Source: Negativicutes bacterium (lineage in GTDB: Bacteria; Bacillota; JAAYKD01). Taken from it: a stretch of DNA of 64,000 nucleotides. The position numbers and the translations under genes were made by a program. The notes under the pieces were generated by a model, which made no database searches, had not been told where the DNA came from, and saw nothing but the letters and a program-made list of their open reading frames with translations. The stretch lies in NCBI GenBank assembly GCA_021372785.1, contig JAJFTT010000036.1:94029-158028 (forward strand), read 5' to 3'. Positions 58,171 through 64,000 of the stretch are shown one piece after another; within the stretch, counting starts at the first letter, position 1; each line of letters starts with the position of its first letter.

Positions 58171-59602
58171 TCGGCGGCTGTACGGAATCGGGCAGCGGGC
58201 ATTGGTAAGCGCCGCCGTTTTGTTTGAAAACGAGGTTTTTCGCTTTCTCCACCACTTCGGGCCTGGCCATGGTTTTGAGTGCAGCCAGCGCCATCACGGC
58301 AGCGGCAGTCAGCAAGCCTTTTTGGGCAATTTGGCTGCCCGCCTGGGCGGTCATTTGCCAGGAATGCCCCACATTGCCGATACAGGCGGTGGCAATATTG
58401 AAGTTGATGGTCGGCACCGCATAAGTCACATCGCCAACATCGGTCGAACCGGAGGCATATTTGACGTTTTTGGCATCGTAAGGGTGAACGCTTGCGTCCA
58501 ACGAGTTTGCCAGAATTTCATCCAGCTTTTCTTCGCCATATTCCTGGCTGATCGCTTCTTTGATCGAGTCCAGCGTCGTTGCGTTATAACTCTCTAAAAA
58601 GGCTTTGGCCAGCTGATAATCCGAAGCATCCCATTTGGGCGCTCCTACTTCCCGCAGCGCTTCATCCGCGACGGCAGCCAAAGCCGTATTGGGGATATAA
58701 TCGGAAAATGCCATGGTAACTTCATATTCCATGCTGGTTTCCGTCATCAGGGCGGCCCCTTGCGCCACTTTCACCACACGCTCGAATAATTCTTTGACTT
58801 GTTTGACCTTGGGCGAACGCACTTCGTATTTGATCAGGCTTCTGTCCTGCACCACATTGGGCGAAACACCGCCTGCGTCCACGTAAGCGTAATGAATCCT
58901 GGCCTGATCAATCATATGTTCGCGCAGATAATTAACCCCCACGCTCATCAGTTCTGCGGCATCCAGCGCGCTTCTGCCCAATTGCGGCGAACCGCCGGCA
59001 TGCGAGGTCACGCCTTTGAATTTGAAATTGGCTCCCATGATGGCGACGGAGCGCGTGGACTGCACCTCGTTCTTGCTGGCCGGGTGCCAGGTATAGACAA
59101 AGTCGACCTCCCGAAACACCCCGGCTCTGGCCATAAACTGCTTAGAGCCGGCGCCCTCCTCTGCCGGGCAGCCAAAGAAATAAACCGTTCCGCTCTGCGG
59201 ATGCGCGCTGAGGTACTGCTTAACCGCGATGGCAGCGCCCATAGCAGCGGCTCCCAGCGCGTTGTGACCGCAGCCATGCCCCGGCTGGCCGGCCACCAGC
59301 GGACTGCGCCGCGGAATTCCCGCTGCCTGGCTCAAACCATCCAGCGCATCGTATTCACCGAGAAAACCAAAAATCGGTTTGCCGCTGCCGAATTTTGCCG
59401 TGAAGGCCGTCGGCATGGCGGCCACTCCCCGCTCGATGCTGAAACCTTCGCTTGCCAAGACATCGCTCAACAATTTTGCCGATTGAAATTCTGCGTAGGG
59501 CAGCTCGGCATATTGCCAGATCCGGTCGCTGACTCCCAAAATGAGATCCCGCTTTTCTGCCAAGACCCGATTGATGAAATCTAGTTGCATTTTAAAATCC
59601 AT
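58157..59602 (-). CDS. M20-family amidohydrolase (AbgB / aminobenzoyl-glutamate hydrolase-like)
   Basis: About 480 aa M20 fold. The listed ORF starts at TTG 59620; ATG at 59602 (MDFKM, with RBS gaaagga) is preferred. The start lies inside the 80-bp repeat, copy 2. Confidence 0.85.
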   Translation of the reverse strand: MDFKMQLDFINRVLAEKRDLILGVSDRIWQYAELPYAEFQSAKLLSDVLASEGFSIERGVAAMPTAFTAKFGSGKPIFGFLGEYDALDGLSQAAGIPRRSPLVAGQPGHGCGHNALGAAAMGAAIAVKQYLSAHPQSGTVYFFGCPAEEGAGSKQFMARAGVFREVDFVYTWHPASKNEVQSTRSVAIMGANFKFKGVTSHAGGSPQLGRSALDAAELMSVGVNYLREHMIDQARIHYAYVDAGGVSPNVVQDRSLIKYEVRSPKVKQVKELFERVVKVAQGAALMTETSMEYEVTMAFSDYIPNTALAAVADEALREVGAPKWDASDYQLAKAFLESYNATTLDSIKEAISQEYGEEKLDEILANSLDASVHPYDAKNVKYASGSTDVGDVTYAVPTINFNIATACIGNVGHSWQMTAQAGSQIAQKGLLTAAAVMALAALKTMARPEVVEKAKNLVFKQNGGAYQCPLPDSVQPPIGKY

Positions 59603-59667
59603 TCCTTTCGCAGTGCTCAAGGCACAAATAGAGAGGAAAAGGATGCAAACAGTTCCTTTTCACACTA
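59588..59667. repeat. Dispersed 80-bp repeat, copy 2
   Basis: See copy 1; occupies most of the 63-nt ABC-ATPase/M20 intergenic gap plus the first codons of the M20 gene. Confidence 0.85.
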
Positions 59668-59683
59668 CCCGTCACCCCGCTTG

Positions 59684-60445
59684 TTATTGTAAGATTTTGC
59701 TGAGAAATTCGATGGTTCTGGCCTGCTGCGGATTGCCAAACAGCTGTGCAGGCGTGCCCTGCTCCTGAATTATCCCATCCGCCATAAAGAGAACTCGGTC
59801 GCTCACTTCCTTTGCAAACCTGATTTCATGCGTCACGATGACGATGGTCATCCCGGAGTGCGCCAAATCCCTGATTACATCCAAAACTTCTTTCACCATT
59901 TCCGGGTCCAGAGCGCTGGTTGGCTCGTCAAACAGCATCACTTTGGGTTCCATGGCCAAGGCCCTGACAATGGCCAACCTTTGCTTCTGACCGCCGGAGA
60001 GTTTAGTAGGATATTCGTCTTTCTTCTCCAATAATCCTACCCGCTCTAAAAGTTCACAGGCTCGCTGCTCCGCCGCCTGTTTTGTCATCTTCTTTACCAG
60101 GATTGGCGCCAGGCTAATATTCTGTAAAACAGTCAAATGCGGAAAGACATGAAAGAGCTGAAAAACCATACCGATTTTCTGTCGATGCTGATCCAGATTG
60201 GTATTTTTCTGCGTCAGATCGAAGCCCTCAAAATAGACTTTACCGGCGCTGACGCTTTCCAATAAGTTCAGGCAGCGCAAGAAGGTGCTTTTACCGCCAC
60301 CGGAGGGTCCGATGATCGAAACGACTTCCCCTTCGTAAATTGTCTCTGAGATATTTTGCAGCACACGCAATTTGCCAAACGATTTCGACAGATTTTCCAC
60401 ACGGATCAAGGCGTTATCCTTCATCACAACGCAAACTCCTTTCAT
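59684..60445 (-). CDS. Amino-acid ABC transporter ATP-binding protein
   Basis: Walker [18 protein letters not shown], Walker [12 protein letters not shown]. Confidence 0.9.
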   Translation of the reverse strand: MKGVCVVMKDNALIRVENLSKSFGKLRVLQNISETIYEGEVVSIIGPSGGGKSTFLRCLNLLESVSAGKVYFEGFDLTQKNTNLDQHRQKIGMVFQLFHVFPHLTVLQNISLAPILVKKMTKQAAEQRACELLERVGLLEKKDEYPTKLSGGQKQRLAIVRALAMEPKVMLFDEPTSALDPEMVKEVLDVIRDLAHSGMTIVIVTHEIRFAKEVSDRVLFMADGIIQEQGTPAQLFGNPQQARTIEFLSKILQ

Positions 60446-61094
60446 AGAACTGCAGCCCTCTGGCCAGCATGCTTGTCAGCAGGAAATAAATCACGCCGGC
60501 AATCAGCAGGGAGGGAATCGCTAAAAACGTCGCCGCCTGCACCGTTTTATAAGAGGTCGTCAGCTCCTGAATAAAAAATACCGAGGCCAGCGAGGTTTGT
60601 TTCACCATCGAGATGTACTCGTTGCCCAAAGCCGGCAGAATGTTTTTGATGGCCTGCGGCAAGATGATCTGTTTCATCGTATGATAAGCCGAAAGTCCCA
60701 AACTCCTGGCAGCCTCAGCCTGACCCTGATCCACCGCCTGGATGCCGGCGCGGATCACCTCGGCGATATAGGCGCTGGCGTTGACAATCAGGGCAATCAC
60801 GATGCAGGCCGTATCACCGATCCGCACCGGCAGCAGTTTTGGCAGCACCAGCCAAAAGAAATAGAGCTGCAAAAGAATGGGCGTGCCGCGGATCAGACTG
60901 ATATAGACGGTTGTGAACGCATCCAGGACTTTTTGCTGCGATAATTTCATCAGCGCAATCAAAGCACCCAGGACGCTGGCCGCCGCTACGGTCACGGCAG
61001 CCAGCCAAATAGTACCCCATAACCCAAAAAGATAGACATAACCGTATTTTTGCCAAAGCAGGATCACCGTTTGCAGCATGATTCGCACCCGCAC
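60414..61094 (-). CDS. Amino-acid ABC transporter permease
   Basis: 226 aa with 5 TM; overlaps the ATPase gene by 32 nt. Confidence 0.9.
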   Translation of the reverse strand: MRVRIMLQTVILLWQKYGYVYLFGLWGTIWLAAVTVAAASVLGALIALMKLSQQKVLDAFTTVYISLIRGTPILLQLYFFWLVLPKLLPVRIGDTACIVIALIVNASAYIAEVIRAGIQAVDQGQAEAARSLGLSAYHTMKQIILPQAIKNILPALGNEYISMVKQTSLASVFFIQELTTSYKTVQAATFLAIPSLLIAGVIYFLLTSMLARGLQFYERSLRCDEG

Positions 61095-61107
61095 TTTCTC
61101 ATTCGGT

Positions 61108-61971
61108 TTATAAGCCTAATTTTTTGGCATACTCCGTATACTGCCGATACCATTCGTCGTATTGACCGGAGCTGACTACTTGATCGATGATCTGATTGAT
61201 GTGGTCGGCCAATTCCGTTTCACCCAAAGGCATGCCGATTCTGCTGCCATCCAACTCCGGATCAACAAAAAAGGTGAAATTTTCAACAATCGCTAAGCCG
61301 CTGCCCGGGTTGGCATCGATATACAATTGCGCCATGGCTTTCGAGACAACACAGGCATCCGCTTTCTTCTCCTGCACCATTAAAATCCCATCCGTAGTGG
61401 CGGAAACCCGCTTCAATTCTTTCAGCTTCGGGATTTGTTCATTGGCAAACACTTCCTGCAGCGAACCGCTTTGCACAACCACGGTGGCATTGGCCAAATC
61501 TTCGGCTGATTGAATTTTGTCCTGAGCCTCTTGCCTGATCAACAAACCATTGCCCGGCGTATCTTTGGCAAAATAATAACCCTTAGACAGCAGCATGGCC
61601 GACGCCCGAGCCGGCGTATAGGCTAAGGCCGAGATCGCCAGGTCATACTTGCCTTCTGTGATGCTGCTTAGAACGGCCGAAAATTCCAAGGGGATAATTC
61701 TCAGCTCCACCCCCAATTGCTCGGCGATATATTTGGCTAATTCGATATCGCTGCCCACATATTTCTCGTTACCGCTTTTGCTGGGGTCGATAAATTCATT
61801 CGGCGCAAAATAAGGTTCTGTCACCACCTCCAAATAGCCCCGGTCCAGAATTGCCTGTAAGCGATTCTGCGCTTTGGCGGCATTCGCCGCTGGTTTGGCA
61901 TTGCAGCCACCAATCAAAACCAGAACAACAGAAAGTAAGACTGCGAAAACCCATTTGAAACTCTTTTTCAT
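61108..61971 (-). CDS. Amino-acid ABC transporter substrate-binding lipoprotein
   Basis: Start at MKKSFKWVF; lipobox LIGGCNA; PBP type-3 fold. Confidence 0.85.
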   Translation of the reverse strand: MKKSFKWVFAVLLSVVLVLIGGCNAKPAANAAKAQNRLQAILDRGYLEVVTEPYFAPNEFIDPSKSGNEKYVGSDIELAKYIAEQLGVELRIIPLEFSAVLSSITEGKYDLAISALAYTPARASAMLLSKGYYFAKDTPGNGLLIRQEAQDKIQSAEDLANATVVVQSGSLQEVFANEQIPKLKELKRVSATTDGILMVQEKKADACVVSKAMAQLYIDANPGSGLAIVENFTFFVDPELDGSRIGMPLGETELADHINQIIDQVVSSGQYDEWYRQYTEYAKKLGL

Positions 61972-62038
61972 TACAACTTCCTCCTTCATTTTTGATCAAA
62001 TCCAATTCTCATAAAGCAGCATACTTTCTGTGGAGGAT

Positions 62039-62303
62039 AAAAAAATCGCCCTCTAGCTTACCGCTAGAGGGCGAGAATATTTCATCACGTGGTTCCACCT
62101 CAATTTATTGATGCTTCGCAGCATCAACCTCAAAAAGTACTAACATACTTCTGCACTATAACGGGTGCGAGTTCCCGGATCCAACTACTCCCAAAATGGT
62201 TTCATCGATCAGCTCAAAGACGTGTTCACAGCGGTCTATTTATGTACTTTCACCAAACGTACACTCTCTGAAAAATAAAACCGCAGCTACTATTTCTTGT
62301 CAA
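62039..62303 (-). ncRNA. T-box riboswitch leader controlling the downstream amino-acid ABC transporter operon
   Basis: Minus strand has -35 TTGACA at 62298-62303, a GA motif CAGAGAG, AGUA box, F-box CCGUUA (62159-62164), T-box AAAUUGAGGUGGAACCACG (62083-62106), and a terminator UCGCCCUCUAGC-uuacc-GCUAGAGGGCGA+U7 at 62039-62074. The GAGG and UGGA bulge arrangement is consistent with an antiterminator. Confidence 0.75.
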
Positions 62304-62527
62304 AGCTGTTATCTGTTTATTAGTTGCAGATCATAGCACGATGTTTTCCCGTTGTAAAGACGTAAGACGATAAATTCTGAATCACTTGGATTACGACACA
62401 ATTGATTGCAGCAACACTGCTGCGATTTTTTACCAAATCGGTCTTTACTTCTGCTGCTATAATCTATACTGCTGATCCTGCTGCCTTGCCGGAGTTATTA
62501 AGTTTACGCATAGGCTTTTATTAAGCT

Positions 62528-64000
62528 CTAACTCTTCTTGACGGGTTCCTTTACGGCAGAAAGACCGGCCAAATAGCCAAACGTCATCGCCGGGCCAATG
62601 GTACTGCCCGCTCCCCAATAGGCATTGGCGGTGGGAGAAGCAATACAATTGCCGGCGCCATAAAGCCCCGGAATCGGATTGTTATGCACATCCAAAACCT
62701 GCGCGTGATCATTGATGATGGGTCCGCCATTCGTATCCAGCGTTCCCGCTGCCAAAATGACCGCATAATAGGGTCCCTCTGCACTCAGCGGATACATCGT
62801 ATAATTTTTGCTGCCTTTGGGTGGCCACTCCACGCCGGGGACCGTTGGCGGAAACGTTGTCCACTCACGGTCATAATTGAACTCACCGCGGCTGAATTCT
62901 TCATCTTTACCCTTTTTAGCAAAATCATTGAAGTTTGCGATTGTCTTCGTTAAATTCGCCAAAAACTCCGGCGCTATACTAAATCCGCCAATCCGTTCGG
63001 ACAAATTGCTTAAGCGCAGGGTCAAGGCTTGCGTCAAATCCTCCAAAGTTTGCCCACTGAGGATGTAAGAGGGCAGCGCGTCGCTTTGTCTCGGATAAGG
63101 TGGATAGCCTTGCCACAATTGCGCTGTTCTCTGATCGTAAATCAGAAAGACCAACATATTCATCCATTCCGCACGCTGCGGATCCCAAACAAAATGAGTC
63201 ATGGTCCGATCGGTATAGTTTCGCTTTTCATCCATAATGCGTTTGCCATAGCGGTTGACTTCGATGACACTGTCGCCGGGAATATAAAAGATATTATTGG
63301 AGCCGCCGGGATTGGTCAGCGCATTTTCCAGGATGCTTTCCGCACGAAACGCTCCTGCCATATTGCCTAATTGAGCGCCGATCTCGCCGGCCATACCGAT
63401 AAAATCACCGGTATTCGTGGCTACGGAACAGCCGCCAAAATGCGGACCGCGTTGAAAATGCAACATCAGCTCCGGATTATGTGAATAACCGCCGCTGCCA
63501 AAAACAACTGCCTGATGAGCTTTGATTTTCAAAATCTCTTTATTCTCTTTAACAACTTCCAGTCCGATCACTTCTTTTTGCTCATTTTGCATGATTTTCA
63601 TGACCCGATGATCGGTCAGGATCAAGATATCATGACTTCTGGCCCAGGTTTCCAGCTGCCGTATCAATTCAAAACCATAGCTCAGCTTACCTTCCGGGTT
63701 TTGCGTATACAAGACACGTCCGCGGATCCCTTTGTTTTCGGGCAGATGGTCCATATAATCCACCTGTGGTTTGCCTGTCCAGTTGATCTCCGCAATGCTG
63801 TGCAGCGCACCGCAGTCTTCCAGGAATTCAACCATCTCTGAAGCATGCTCAGCCATGGCCGAGAGCAGCTCAAACTCATTTTTCGGCACACCATACTTTG
63901 CATCGTTTGGATTGTAGAGGTGAGGAAAGGAATAGCGCGCCATATAGCGGATGGCATCCTCTTTCTTATCTTCAATCCCCAGATCATGCTGAAAGCGGTT
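62528..64000 (-). CDS. FAD-binding dehydrogenase (fumarate-reductase/KstD-like flavoprotein), 5' end beyond the window
   Basis: The frame stays open to the window edge (…NRFQHDLGIEDKKEDAIRYMARYSF…); the C-terminal GLYGAGNC…GAGSTIGPAMTFG motif is typical of FAD_binding_2 enzymes. Confidence 0.65.
   Translation of the reverse strand, partial: NRFQHDLGIEDKKEDAIRYMARYSFPHLYNPNDAKYGVPKNEFELLSAMAEHASEMVEFLEDCGALHSIAEINWTGKPQVDYMDHLPENKGIRGRVLYTQNPEGKLSYGFELIRQLETWARSHDILILTDHRVMKIMQNEQKEVIGLEVVKENKEILKIKAHQAVVFGSGGYSHNPELMLHFQRGPHFGGCSVATNTGDFIGMAGEIGAQLGNMAGAFRAESILENALTNPGGSNNIFYIPGDSVIEVNRYGKRIMDEKRNYTDRTMTHFVWDPQRAEWMNMLVFLIYDQRTAQLWQGYPPYPRQSDALPSYILSGQTLEDLTQALTLRLSNLSERIGGFSIAPEFLANLTKTIANFNDFAKKGKDEEFSRGEFNYDREWTTFPPTVPGVEWPPKGSKNYTMYPLSAEGPYYAVILAAGTLDTNGGPIINDHAQVLDVHNNPIPGLYGAGNCIASPTANAYWGAGSTIGPAMTFGYLAGLSAVKEPVKKS

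Noticed and set aside
1-64000. Scan for CRISPR arrays, rRNA and tRNA genes, integrase/att sites and prophage genes
   Set aside because: No regularly spaced direct repeats, no rRNA/tRNA signatures and no integrase or phage structural genes were found. The only mobile-element signal is the RAYT/REP system.

Overview
This 64 kb window is a chromosomal segment from a Firmicutes/Clostridia-like genome, about 50% GC, with almost every gene on the minus strand. It opens with the conserved ribosome/SRP cluster (rplS-trmD-rimM-KH-rpsP-ffh-ylxM, minus strand) and continues with housekeeping and metabolic genes: adenine deaminase, lactate permease, M20 amidohydrolases, truA, msrAB, dus, trmO, PFOR, speDE and an RluA-type pseudouridine synthase. 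Two amino-acid ABC transporter operons are each preceded by a long leader ending in an intrinsic terminator; one is a clear T-box riboswitch and the other is T-box-like. There is also a c-di-GMP signalling pair (a dCache-HAMP-PAS-GGDEF-HD-GYP sensor plus a membrane GGDEF protein), a standalone RsmH paralog, and a P1B ATPase with a CsoR-type repressor. The accessory part of the window (about 52.6-56.8 kb, plus one site at 10.3 kb) carries a palindromic REP-like repeat family around an IS200-like RAYT Y1 transposase, i.e. a REPtron. Other points of note are an 80-bp dispersed repeat (about 95% identity) that carries an RBS and start codon and sits in front of two unrelated genes, and an intracellular BNR/sialidase-like–NUDIX fusion co-operonic with a YgjP metallohydrolase. 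A roughly 600-bp AT-rich ORF-free tract and several operator-like inverted repeats on promoters were also seen. No CRISPR array, rRNA or tRNA gene was found.
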